From positions 1-41,657 of IMG/VR virus record IMGVR_UViG_3300027419_000013: a DNA stretch of 41,657 nucleotides; one strand, 5' to 3'. Below, piece by piece: positions 32,473-40,702 of the stretch. How positions within the stretch are numbered: position 1 is the first letter of the stretch; each line of letters starts with the position of its first letter. The DNA comes from a virus. The position numbers were made by a program, and so were the translations under genes. Under the pieces are notes generated by a model. It was not told the origin of the DNA, searched no databases, and saw only the letters and a list, made by a program, of their open reading frames with translations.

Positions 32473-34351
32473 TTTGTAGGTCTTCAAATAACATGTCAGC
32501 GTCTTTGATTACGTGGGTAGCTTCGACTATTCTTTGCAACAGTTCTTCGACATTTACAGCTCTGCCCTTGGCAGCAAGTTGCTGAGAAATAACAGGATTG
32601 GTGCTGATTTCCAACAGAGCCATCAATTTATTTTCAATATTCTCGTCTGAAGGATTACCCATGGACTCAATGTCGGGAATGTAGTCGTAAGTACCAAGAA
32701 GGTCACCTTCTTCTATGATTAAGTTTCCTCCTTCACCACCACTGTCTGGTTGGAACTTGGGCACTTCCAATCCATCACCCAAATCTACAGGGTAGCGCGG
32801 TCCGGGAGGAACGTCTGCTTCCTGAAGTTGCCCCGTCATCATCTGTTGAAGATCAATATCTGTCGGTCGAATATCTGAAAGACCTTGGTTTTCAAAGTAT
32901 TTGATGGCATCTCTTCCCACAATCCTGATAACCCTTTTCTTCTGAACCGATCCTTGGAACATGTATTGGCGATTGAGGGCGTACCAGAACATGATTTGCT
33001 TCTTTAGCGCCTCTGAAAGGTAGATTTGATTCATATTGTCCCTGACACTTCTCGTCTGGGCGGAATCCTGTATCTCTGTTGCGGTGACCCTTCCCTGATC
33101 CTGAAGAGGATTCTGGGAACTCATGCCCTGGGAGTTTTCTCCCCAGGCTGAAAGCAAGGCCCCAACCAAAATGTTGTAGATTTGAGCGAAAGCCGTGTCC
33201 TCTCCCGACTCCATCTTCATTGTCTGGACATCTACGTTGGGGTTGTTCATCAACCATTTGGCTTCCGGTGCCCAGTCCAGAGTGTGCATACGGACATTTA
33301 CGGGATTTACGTGCAGGGGAGGACGCAATCTTAGGGCTACGCGGTCACAGTAGGCTGATACGTGAGCGTTTATTGCCCTAATAAGCTTTGATACTGGTTC
33401 CAGTTCTGAAAGACCGTACAGATCGTCACCCGTGTCGTAGTATTTCAGCAAAACTACTGGAATCTCGCTGTGTTTATAGGGATTAGGGATGTCTCGAAGA
33501 ATGACTCCATGATTGGGGGCGTAGGTAATCCACCTGCTGGGACGGTACTCGGTACAGACTTCGATTGTTTTGTACAGTTCATCCTCACCCAGAGTGTCAT
33601 CCAATCCCTTGAGTGTTTTGTTGATAATTTGGTAATTTGACGATCTTTTGTCCGCAGAAGGCTTGCTACCGGCTTTTTTTTCCTTGATGGCATCCTTTAG
33701 CAGGTCGAGGTTCTTGTAAATAGGAGCTGTCCGGGCTGAGTCGTTGACTCTTTCCAGTTCTTCAAGTGTCAGGTATTCACGATGTTGGAACCATTTGTTG
33801 ATGTGTTCATAAGAAGGATTGGCTAATACATCCCTGGGGTTACAGACAATAAAATCAGGCCCATCATAAATAACTTCCTTCTTGGCTCCGTTTTCACCTT
33901 TAACCGCTTTGGTTTCGTATCTCCACTTAACTAATCCGAAGGAAGCTCCGTATTTCCTAGTGTTCAAATCCATAGTTATCCATTTGGAAATCATGCTCTT
34001 ACCCAAGCGTGTGTTGTCGTCCCACTGAAAAGAAAGAAGTTCGTTGTTTATATACGCACCAAGAGAGTCCCCGCCCTCACGTGGTACGAGCTTGCCCTTA
34101 GGCTTTCGACCGACTAATCTCGCGGCCTTCTCTAGTATCACGGTATATGGGCGGGGGTCGAAGATCAGCGACTGGTAAGGCCATCCTGATTCATCGAGGT
34201 AGGAGGAGAACATCTTGTCAGCATCATCGAAGCCGTTCTTCCTTGAAATTCTCTGTTCCAAGTCATCTGAAGCCATTTGGTAATGGTCAACCAACTCCTC
34301 AAACTGCTTGATTTCTGATTTTGTTCCTTTGACTGTGATCTTGTTTGCCAT
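32348..34351 (-). CDS. portal protein
   Basis: 667-aa ORF downstream of the large terminase, in the size and position typical of portals. It has a low-complexity G/A/P-rich C-terminal tail. Confidence 0.75.
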   Translation of the reverse strand: MANKITVKGTKSEIKQFEELVDHYQMASDDLEQRISRKNGFDDADKMFSSYLDESGWPYQSLIFDPRPYTVILEKAARLVGRKPKGKLVPREGGDSLGAYINNELLSFQWDDNTRLGKSMISKWITMDLNTRKYGASFGLVKWRYETKAVKGENGAKKEVIYDGPDFIVCNPRDVLANPSYEHINKWFQHREYLTLEELERVNDSARTAPIYKNLDLLKDAIKEKKAGSKPSADKRSSNYQIINKTLKGLDDTLGEDELYKTIEVCTEYRPSRWITYAPNHGVILRDIPNPYKHSEIPVVLLKYYDTGDDLYGLSELEPVSKLIRAINAHVSAYCDRVALRLRPPLHVNPVNVRMHTLDWAPEAKWLMNNPNVDVQTMKMESGEDTAFAQIYNILVGALLSAWGENSQGMSSQNPLQDQGRVTATEIQDSAQTRSVRDNMNQIYLSEALKKQIMFWYALNRQYMFQGSVQKKRVIRIVGRDAIKYFENQGLSDIRPTDIDLQQMMTGQLQEADVPPGPRYPVDLGDGLEVPKFQPDSGGEGGNLIIEEGDLLGTYDYIPDIESMGNPSDENIENKLMALLEISTNPVISQQLAAKGRAVNVEELLQRIVEATHVIKDADMLFEDLQNVQQTLPPGAGVAGAGVPPQGNGGNGGVAQAPPPMAPVANP

Positions 34352-34362
34352 GTTTTTGCCAC

Positions 34363-34389
34363 AAAAAAAGACGGCTCTTTCGAGCCGCC
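34363..34389 (-). terminator. rho-independent terminator between the terminase operon and the portal gene
   Basis: Minus strand: GGCGGCTC-GAAA-GAGCCGTC + TTTTTTT. Confidence 0.8.
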
Positions 34390-34442
34390 ATTAACGTTTC
34401 CGTTGTTCGGTACGCTGTAATTATACCACTTTTTACAACAAG

Positions 34443-34757
34443 TTAGAACTTACTTCTTATTTCTCCGTCTGTTTCCCTTGTACTTACGTTCACAGTCTCT
34501 GAATTTACGTGCACAATTACCTGGCCTACGCCTGTGCCTTCAATGATGTTCGCTACCCCCCTGATGACCTTGGGTAGTATTTGGGCGTTAATCTTTGTCT
34601 CTTCTAAGTATGAGGCGATCTGATAGAGATACCCATACGGCACCTGAAGATCGGGGAATAGGATTTTCATCATACCCTCCATCTTGGTATTGTTGTTCTC
34701 CATCTGGCCGTTATATGAGTAAGGGTCGATGGTGGGCAGGGATTTCATATTCTCCAT
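34443..34757 (-). CDS. hypothetical protein
   Basis: 104-aa ORF overlapping the terL stop by 13 nt. Confidence 0.6.
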   Translation of the reverse strand: MENMKSLPTIDPYSYNGQMENNNTKMEGMMKILFPDLQVPYGYLYQIASYLEETKINAQILPKVIRGVANIIEGTGVGQVIVHVNSETVNVSTRETDGEIRSKF

Positions 34758-36070
34758 TTGTTTTTTAAGTGGACATTAATGTTTTCGTAATTCTGGCCAT
34801 AATAAACCTGATTCTCTTTTGTGTAACCTTGAACGTTACTTACAGCAAAATACCTGAAACTATCGGCTCCATTTGAACTCCAGTCATGCTCCGGATGATT
34901 GCGGTAGCATTTATTGTCTTCATCCCACTCCTTGTGATAGCTTTTGAGAGCGTTTAAACCTCTCTCACACTTTATTTTGTCAAACCAACACCTTGAAAGA
35001 ATGTTGCGGCCGGCATCTATCCCATCCTCTATTGAGAGTTTTGGCGCGATCCTGAAGTTTATACCTAAAGATTGAGCGGTCTCTTTGCGCGATTTACCAC
35101 TACCCAACTCCCGGACTTCAATGTCATGCGGAGCTACGTGCTCCCCAAAAATGTATCCCTTGTCCTGGAGTATCTTGACGTAATGCGGCAGCCCCTCTCC
35201 TGAGGTCTCGTAGTAGTCTACAAACCTTACTTCAGCCCCCGTGAGCTGATAGAACCAGATGGCGGTGGAATCGCCTATTCCTAAGTCCCAGGTGGTGTGT
35301 ACTGGCAAAGCAGAATCTACTGGGACTACCGTTATCCGATTTTCCTTTTCGGCTGATAGCAGCTGCGACCCGTAATAGGCTCCCTGGATGGGAACTTCAA
35401 ATGAGCAATAGTATTCCTGTTGAAACAAAGCATCGTTTCCGTCTTTCTTTATAATTTCCAACCTCTCCTGTTCCAAAACCTCGGGAGGGATTACTTTTGT
35501 GTCGTCGACAGTAAGTAACTGACAGAACCAATTTGGTGAACTTTTGGCCAAATCATAAATCTGCTTGCCGTGGTTATTCCCCCTGGGAGTGTAGTTAAAC
35601 ACTGCCCAACCACCATTCTCAGCAAGAATAGGCCTTACAAAGTCCCAGGCCTTGGGGTCCTGAAGAGAATATTCTGAAAAGATACACCCCACAGGATTTG
35701 TTCCTACCACAGAGTCAATGTTGTCAGTCCCTATGACTTGGAATATTGAGTTATTAATTGCCTCTATGAGCATTTCGCCGTTGTCCGTTCTCTTGCGAAT
35801 CTCTTTTGGTATGTGGTCGGTAAACTTGAACCCATCCCTATCCATTCCATTCCAGAGGATCTTTTTACCCTGTTTGTAAGTTGGAAAGAAGTAGAAGTAA
35901 GACCCCACTCTCTCAAACATCTTCTTTCCTACCAAATTGATTAGGGTTTTATCCTTTCCCGCTCTTCTATGCCAGACTGCGACAGCCCTGTTCACCCCAC
36001 TATCCAGGGCTTCGAGTAGAGGAATCTGGTAATCCCTCGGTGTGTATTTATACGGCAGGCTTATTTCCAT
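34745..36070 (-). CDS. terL: terminase large subunit
   Basis: 'AVWHRRAGKDKT' is a Walker-A-like motif. 'TWDLGIGDSTAIWFYQ' belongs to the RNaseH-like nuclease domain. At 441 aa it has the typical Terminase_6 organisation. Confidence 0.9.
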   Translation of the reverse strand: MEISLPYKYTPRDYQIPLLEALDSGVNRAVAVWHRRAGKDKTLINLVGKKMFERVGSYFYFFPTYKQGKKILWNGMDRDGFKFTDHIPKEIRKRTDNGEMLIEAINNSIFQVIGTDNIDSVVGTNPVGCIFSEYSLQDPKAWDFVRPILAENGGWAVFNYTPRGNNHGKQIYDLAKSSPNWFCQLLTVDDTKVIPPEVLEQERLEIIKKDGNDALFQQEYYCSFEVPIQGAYYGSQLLSAEKENRITVVPVDSALPVHTTWDLGIGDSTAIWFYQLTGAEVRFVDYYETSGEGLPHYVKILQDKGYIFGEHVAPHDIEVRELGSGKSRKETAQSLGINFRIAPKLSIEDGIDAGRNILSRCWFDKIKCERGLNALKSYHKEWDEDNKCYRNHPEHDWSSNGADSFRYFAVSNVQGYTKENQVYYGQNYENINVHLKNKWRI

Positions 36071-36470
36071 AATTTATAATGTTGATGGTTACGTCTCCAA
36101 AAGTGCTTCCCTGTTCTTTGTTCTCAGCCAACCCAAAGTCTTTCCTTACAAATTCGGCCGCTTTTTGCTGGGTTTGATAATCCGGAACCATTTTATCCGG
36201 CTCTGTGTGTGAAGAGAAGGGTTTGGTTGCTTCAAGCCACTCGGCGGTTTTCTTCACCATGTAACCTGGAGTGATACCTACCTTTAAATATTCTGCTTTG
36301 TATCGGTCAATTATTGATTGTGCGCCCTCAGTTCGTAGTAGGTTCTCGCTTGGATGCGACGCTGATGCCACGCTATATCCAGCCTTCAACATTGACTGTC
36401 TCAGTGTCTCACCGTCTTTAATTAATTGCATTGCTTTAGATTGTTTTTCTGTCGGTTTTACCTTATTCAT
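36048..36470 (-). CDS. terS: terminase small subunit
   Basis: 'EKQSKAMQLIKDGETLRQSMLKAGYSVASASHPSENLL' is an HTH typical of small terminases. It overlaps terL by 23 nt. Confidence 0.75.
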   Translation of the reverse strand: MNKVKPTEKQSKAMQLIKDGETLRQSMLKAGYSVASASHPSENLLRTEGAQSIIDRYKAEYLKVGITPGYMVKKTAEWLEATKPFSSHTEPDKMVPDYQTQQKAAEFVRKDFGLAENKEQGSTFGDVTINIINYGNKPAV

Positions 36471-36597
36471 TGTTTTTTGGATGAGTGTCGCTATGGTTTT
36501 GATCGTCTTCGAAGATTAGGCCATTCAGTCGTGCGTTTCGGAGATAATCCTTTAGTTTCAATTCCTTACCTACACCAAAATTCGCAGCTGTTTTCAT
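36463..36597 (-). CDS. possible 44-aa ORF upstream of terS
   Basis: Hand translation: MKTAANFGVGKELKLKDYLRNARLNGLIFEDDQNHSDTHPKNNE. GAAGGAA lies upstream, and it overlaps the terS start by 8 nt. Confidence 0.3.
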   Translation of the reverse strand: MKTAANFGVGKELKLKDYLRNARLNGLIFEDDQNHSDTHPKNNE

Positions 36598-36625
36598 GTG
36601 TTCCTTCGTAATCTTTACCGCTTCT

Positions 36626-36922
36626 TTATATTTCATTCTTTCTCTCCCTTCTTTCCTTTCTTGCTCTGGCGGCGAGTTTCTTCTTACGGGATGGTGTTTC
36701 TTTTAAGCCGAGTGGATAATTTAATATTTCTAACCCCCAATTAACAATTCCGCCGTGTTTTTCTATCATATCCCGGAAAAACTCACGACCCTCCTCCATC
36801 TTCTTCCTCTGTATGGCTTTGGATTCCTTATAGCTTCCTCTTTTAGGTTTCATTTTTTCGTATTCCTTTCTTACTCCCGGCTTTTTAAGTAATTCTTTTT
36901 TATAAACTTTCCAAGATTTCAT
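36626..36922 (-). CDS. hypothetical highly basic protein
   Basis: 98-aa K/R-rich ORF. Confidence 0.55.
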   Translation of the reverse strand: MKSWKVYKKELLKKPGVRKEYEKMKPKRGSYKESKAIQRKKMEEGREFFRDMIEKHGGIVNWGLEILNYPLGLKETPSRKKKLAARARKERRERKNEI

Positions 36923-36965
36923 TCTTATATAAACTCATATAATCTTATGTAATTAATTTCTCCAG

Positions 36966-36991
36966 ACTTACCTTGGGTTAGCAAGGCAAGT
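36966..36991 (-). promoter_or_regulatory. 10-bp stem-loop (one G-U pair) without a U-tract, in the 78-nt intergenic gap
   Basis: Minus strand: ACTTGCCTTG-CTAACC-CAAGGTAAGT. An AT-rich segment follows before the ATG at 36922. Confidence 0.5.
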
Positions 36992-37000
36992 CCCGGGAAA

Positions 37001-37222
37001 CTACAGAGTTAATTTTGCATCAACCTCACGCAGTAAGGTTTTTGCATATTGAAGAGATTCTATATTCCCATCTATCACGTTGGTTGCGGCCAATTTGTTT
37101 ATTTGTTGCCCGGTTGTCGGGGGGGTTCCATTAACCTTACTCAATATTTCTTGAGCCACCTCCACAACCTCACTCACAACCATTGATAAGGTCTTTTTTT
37201 CTCCTGCTATTGGTTCATTCAT
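37001..37222 (-). CDS. hypothetical protein
   Basis: 73-aa ORF. TAATG overlap with the upstream gene. Confidence 0.55.
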   Translation of the reverse strand: MNEPIAGEKKTLSMVVSEVVEVAQEILSKVNGTPPTTGQQINKLAATNVIDGNIESLQYAKTLLREVDAKLTL

Positions 37223-37548
37223 TATTTCTCACCTCCTTCAAAGATTACTTTTCTCATATGATTTAATAATTCATCAGTCTTAAAAGTCCGTTGTTTTTCC
37301 TCATGTACGGCCATCCACGCTTCAAGTTCAATTTCTAATCTATTTAAGATTTCTCTTTTCTCTTTCATTCGGCCATAATCATGTTCCTTCTCCAATTCAA
37401 AATGTTTAAAAATACATTCCTTATGAAACCAGCCGCCGCAACCTGTACAGCGGTAAGCGTCTTTTAGTTCTAACTTCTGCATACACCCACCCTTAAAAGT
37501 CAAGGCGACATTTCCCTTTGGATTAGCGTTTCCACACTCAACTTTCAT
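37222..37548 (-). CDS. hypothetical zinc-finger-like protein
   Basis: 108 aa, containing 'CTGCGGWFHKEC'. Confidence 0.55.
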   Translation of the reverse strand: MKVECGNANPKGNVALTFKGGCMQKLELKDAYRCTGCGGWFHKECIFKHFELEKEHDYGRMKEKREILNRLEIELEAWMAVHEEKQRTFKTDELLNHMRKVIFEGGEK

Positions 37549-37814
37549 TTCATCTCCTCTTTCATTTGAGCTAATTTATCTGCATTTTTAATATTGCTTT
37601 TGAGTAGACGAATCATGGGGTCAAGAGATAAACAGGTACAAGCTACGCTGTGGTTATAAGTTCCATTCCCATTTCCGCATCTTAATTCCTTTTCGTGTTG
37701 GAGTTTAAGCAATAATGCAACCCTCGCTTTTTGTTCCTCCCTTAGCGTAGGTTTCATATCTTTGTTTACATTGGGTTTACAATGCGATTTCGGGTAGTTT
37801 ACATTAGGTTTCAT
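37545..37814 (-). CDS. hypothetical protein with a duplicated KPNVN / DMKP N-terminus
   Basis: The track start at 37829 is a TTG. The ATG at 37814 gives MKPNVNYPKSHCKPNVNKDMKP... Confidence 0.5.
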   Translation of the reverse strand: MKPNVNYPKSHCKPNVNKDMKPTLREEQKARVALLLKLQHEKELRCGNGNGTYNHSVACTCLSLDPMIRLLKSNIKNADKLAQMKEEMK

Positions 37815-37825
37815 ATCTGGTGTGG

Positions 37826-37999
37826 TCAATTTTTGTGTATAAGGGTTTTACAGCCACAATTTGTACAACGCTGGTAATAAAGATAGTCAGCAGCTTTTTC
37901 CCCCTTTGGCACTTCCATTTCTAAACCAAAGAACTCTCCATTCCCACAGTTGGAACAATATACTTTAATCGTGTAGGTTTCTGGTCTTTGTGGTTTCAT
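37826..37999 (-). CDS. zinc-ribbon protein (57 aa)
   Basis: The ATG at 37999 overlaps the upstream stop (ATGA). Sequence: MKPQRPETYTIKVYCSNCGNGEFF...RCTNCGCKTLIHKN, with CxxC...CxxC. Confidence 0.55.
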   Translation of the reverse strand: MKPQRPETYTIKVYCSNCGNGEFFGLEMEVPKGEKAADYLYYQRCTNCGCKTLIHKN

Positions 38000-38187
38000 A
38001 TCTTTAGTTTGGTGAGTAATTCGCACAAAATTATATGTTGTTCTGCCTTCCAATCTTTCCCAGCCATCCGTTCGTAACTTGCCTCCCAAATCTTCTCCAT
38101 CGCATCTTTCCTTCCCTGTTGGTATCCTTCCTGATGAATTTTATAAAGGAATGGACAGTTTGTCTCCATGAAGGTTTTATTTGTCAT
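37996..38187 (-). CDS. hypothetical protein
   Basis: 63-aa ORF, ATGA-coupled at both ends. Confidence 0.5.
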   Translation of the reverse strand: MTNKTFMETNCPFLYKIHQEGYQQGRKDAMEKIWEASYERMAGKDWKAEQHIILCELLTKLKI

Positions 38188-38930
38188 TCTTCTCCTTTCA
38201 AATCAGTTGTTGTCACAGTTCTTTCTCCCTCTAAATCAAACAAGTCTGAAATTAGACTAATGGATTGGTTATATCCAAACATCGCCCCCTTATCAAACTC
38301 TGGGGTAATTGAGTCAAGCGGATGCGATAGATTTTTCTTCCACCTAATAGCTTCAATTAAATGTTCGGCACTTCTAGTTAAGATGTAAACCATCCTGTCT
38401 ATGTGTTTTTCTTTGTGTTGGATTACTCCGAGAGTGGGGGTAGATGGAAAGACAGCGTGGACAAGTTCTGCCTCTATAATTCTTCGCATCCTTTTGCCTG
38501 TTTTGGTGTTTTCTGTAGCTTGATTACAAGGGCTACTTATTAACCCCAAACGACTTGCTGTTGGCATTTTTTCGTATCCACATTTATCGCAGTATTCGTG
38601 AACTCTCTCATCCGACCACCATTTGAGTTCTATTCCGCATTTAGGACAGGGTGTTTCTTTAACACCACCGCCTTTGGCTATTTCCTTCGCCCGTTTAATT
38701 TCATGGGTAGTTACTGTTTTTTGGTTTAACCGACCCTCTTTCCAGCCTTTTAGATACCATTTCTCTTTAACGGTTTCTTTATTCCTGAGCGGATTATTTG
38801 GACAATTACAAGGTTTTTTATGGTTAGCTGAACAATTGGAGTTCGTACAACAGAATTTGTTTTTACATTTACATTCCGTTTCTTTATTCCTGATGGGTTT
38901 GGTGGTCATGCAGTTTTTCTTTTCAAACAT
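38184..38930 (-). CDS. Cys-rich protein with an internal zinc ribbon (unknown function)
   Basis: 248 aa. The N-terminus reads 'PIRNKETECKCKNKFCCTNSNCSANHKKPCNCPNNPLRNKET'. Then comes 'CPKCG...CDKCG'. The C-terminal helical domain is unrecognised. Confidence 0.65.
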   Translation of the reverse strand: MFEKKNCMTTKPIRNKETECKCKNKFCCTNSNCSANHKKPCNCPNNPLRNKETVKEKWYLKGWKEGRLNQKTVTTHEIKRAKEIAKGGGVKETPCPKCGIELKWWSDERVHEYCDKCGYEKMPTASRLGLISSPCNQATENTKTGKRMRRIIEAELVHAVFPSTPTLGVIQHKEKHIDRMVYILTRSAEHLIEAIRWKKNLSHPLDSITPEFDKGAMFGYNQSISLISDLFDLEGERTVTTTDLKGEE

Positions 38931-39039
38931 TTAATACAGTAAAAGGTACGGGCAACGCCAAAATTGTTTACATTAAAACATGACCAGTCAATTAACTGCC
39001 GCCATTCGTGTTTACATTTCCTTTCTTTATTCTTCTTTG

Positions 39040-39228
39040 TCATATATCTTTTGGGTTTTCTGATGTAACACCAAACTCATCTATCTTTCCTAAAAGATTG
39101 CCTCGCTCGTCATGCACATAATAGACTAATGAAATTGGGCATTCTGCGTCACCTTCACCTTCAGCCACCTCAATAGCAAAACACCTAATGACTCTGTGAA
39201 ATCTAGGATAATAATTCTTCTTTGTCAT
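39040..39228 (-). CDS. hypothetical protein
   Basis: The track start at 39240 is a GTG. The ATG at 39228 overlaps the upstream stop (ATGA). Confidence 0.5.
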   Translation of the reverse strand: MTKKNYYPRFHRVIRCFAIEVAEGEGDAECPISLVYYVHDERGNLLGKIDEFGVTSENPKDI

Positions 39229-39410
39229 ATTTTCTTCCACGAATTTTGGATAACACCCATATACCTAAAACATTTATGCTCTATTTCTTCATCAAAATCA
39301 TTCCACTTGCCTATAAGGGTTGTATACGCTCCATCTTCTATTTCTCCTATATATTCAACAATATGCTTTCCAGCGTGATTGGTATATTCAAGTAAATTTC
39401 CCTTTGTCAT
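39225..39410 (-). CDS. hypothetical protein
   Basis: 61-aa ORF, ATGA-coupled. Confidence 0.5.
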   Translation of the reverse strand: MTKGNLLEYTNHAGKHIVEYIGEIEDGAYTTLIGKWNDFDEEIEHKCFRYMGVIQNSWKKI

Positions 39411-39520
39411 ACCTTCTCCTTTAATAATTTATCTAAAATCATATCCAGAACTCTCATGAAAATTGTATAAATTAATAGTCCGAAAAATGAAACCTTTGGT
39501 TCTATTAAAAATTCCCTCAT
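39407..39520 (-). CDS. 37-aa hydrophobic micro-protein (below the ORF-track cutoff)
   Basis: Hand translation: MREFLIEPKVSFFGLLIYTIFMRVLDMILDKLLKEKV. ATGA overlaps at both ends. Confidence 0.4.
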   Translation of the reverse strand: MREFLIEPKVSFFGLLIYTIFMRVLDMILDKLLKEKV

Positions 39521-39732
39521 ACCTTCCTCCTTTTATTCTTTGGGGTCAAATTTCTGCTGATACTAAGCCATCGGTCTTTGCCGTTCCAACCGTAAACGCT
39601 GTTTTCCGTTGCGACCACCAGAATCTTCCCGAATGAAAGAGTAGCGACAATCGGTTCTCCAAAATCATAGTAAGAACCATCACCGATTCTATTTGCCAGT
39701 TTCATTAACAGGTTTCTGATTTTGTTTCTCAC
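39517..39732 (-). CDS. hypothetical protein
   Basis: 71-aa ORF. Its GTG start overlaps the upstream stop (GTGA). Confidence 0.45.
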   Translation of the reverse strand: MRNKIRNLLMKLANRIGDGSYYDFGEPIVATLSFGKILVVATENSVYGWNGKDRWLSISRNLTPKNKRRKV

Positions 39733-39923
39733 TTCTTTCCTTTCTTTTTAGCCTTTTGTGTAACATATATCGTTGTTCTTACTTTCAAACATCCATAGCA
39801 GATTTGAGTTAAAGCGTCATGGAAGGTTGAGTAGATGGCTTGTTGGGTATGTCGCCCCTCACACTGTCGGATATGGATTCTGACTTCCTGTTGGGTATTA
39901 AAATGCTCGTATTGAAAGTTCAT
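39729..39923 (-). CDS. hypothetical protein
   Basis: 64-aa ORF, ATGA-coupled to the pentapeptide-repeat gene. Confidence 0.5.
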   Translation of the reverse strand: MNFQYEHFNTQQEVRIHIRQCEGRHTQQAIYSTFHDALTQICYGCLKVRTTIYVTQKAKKKGKK

Positions 39924-40618
39924 ACGACCTTCCTGTTCTTAAACTTGGTTAATTCTTTCTCCGGCACTCTTCGGATAACTTTTAATTCTCTGAGCCTGAA
40001 CTTGCCGTCGGTGTTGTACGGAATGCTTACAATATCCTTAGGATTGAACTTCACCTCAATGATGGGATTGTCTGAGTTTCTGTTTAATAGACACCATTCC
40101 AGGGTCGCAACATGGATACCCTCACTGCACTCAATCAATTCTGAGTAATCACACTCGTCCTTTTTGAGCCGGACTGTTTTACCTATTGAGTAATCAAGAC
40201 CGCCCTGCTGTGGACTTGTTAATTCTTTGGTTACATATTTGTAGGCGACTAACTTGTTCTTTTGCTGTTTAAGGAGGGAAAGCAAAGAACCCGTTAATGG
40301 ATTGAGGTTTTTGGCTCCCCATAGGTTGGCTCCCCGTAGGTTGGCTTCCCATAGGTTGGCTCCCCGTAGGTTGGCTCCCCATAGGTTGGCTCCCCATAGG
40401 TTGGCTCCCCATAGGTTGGCTCCCCGTAGGTTGGCTTCCTGTAGGTTGGCTTCCTGTAGGTTGGCTCCCCGTAGGTTGGCTTCCTGTAGGTTGGCTCCCC
40501 GTAGGTTGGCTCCCCGTCTAACCGCTTCTTCTAAAGTATCCTTGATAGTATTATCTTTCTTTTCAAATTCAAAAAGCAAAGAACCCCAGATTGATATTAT
40601 TTGTATTTTAGTTTTCAT
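39920..40618 (-). CDS. pentapeptide-repeat protein with an unrecognised C-terminal domain
   Basis: About 14 consecutive A(N/D)LxG-type pentapeptides ([15 protein letters not shown]...). A domain of about 125 aa follows ('...[24 protein letters not shown]...'). Confidence 0.9.
   Translation of the reverse strand: MKTKIQIISIWGSLLFEFEKKDNTIKDTLEEAVRRGANLRGANLQEANLRGANLQEANLQEANLRGANLWGANLWGANLWGANLRGANLWEANLRGANLWGAKNLNPLTGSLLSLLKQQKNKLVAYKYVTKELTSPQQGGLDYSIGKTVRLKKDECDYSELIECSEGIHVATLEWCLLNRNSDNPIIEVKFNPKDIVSIPYNTDGKFRLRELKVIRRVPEKELTKFKNRKVV
40311..40520. repeat. 15-bp tandem repeat array (~14 units) encoding the pentapeptide repeats
   Basis: Units ttggctcccc(a/g)tagg / ttggcttcctgtagg recur with exact 15-nt periodicity. 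Confidence 0.95.
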
Positions 40619-40702
40619 TTCTTTCCTTTCAGTTTGTTTTTAGCCTTATCAACATTAGACTGCATCAAAGCCCTTAATTTCTTGGCTTCTCCTTTTGGTA
40701 CG

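Noticed and set aside
36923-37000. Sigma70-type promoter in the AT-rich gap upstream of 36626..36922
   Set aside because: Only weak hexamers could be aligned (TTACAT / TATAAG with poor -35 identity, and a -10 too close to the ATG). The hairpin is reported, but no promoter is claimed.
40254-40643. Plus-strand ORF ([14 protein letters not shown]...), and the CRISPR-like appearance of the 15-bp periodic array
   Set aside because: The ORF is the antisense shadow of the pentapeptide-repeat gene. The array has no spacers, because the units are contiguous. It is a coding tandem repeat, not a CRISPR array.
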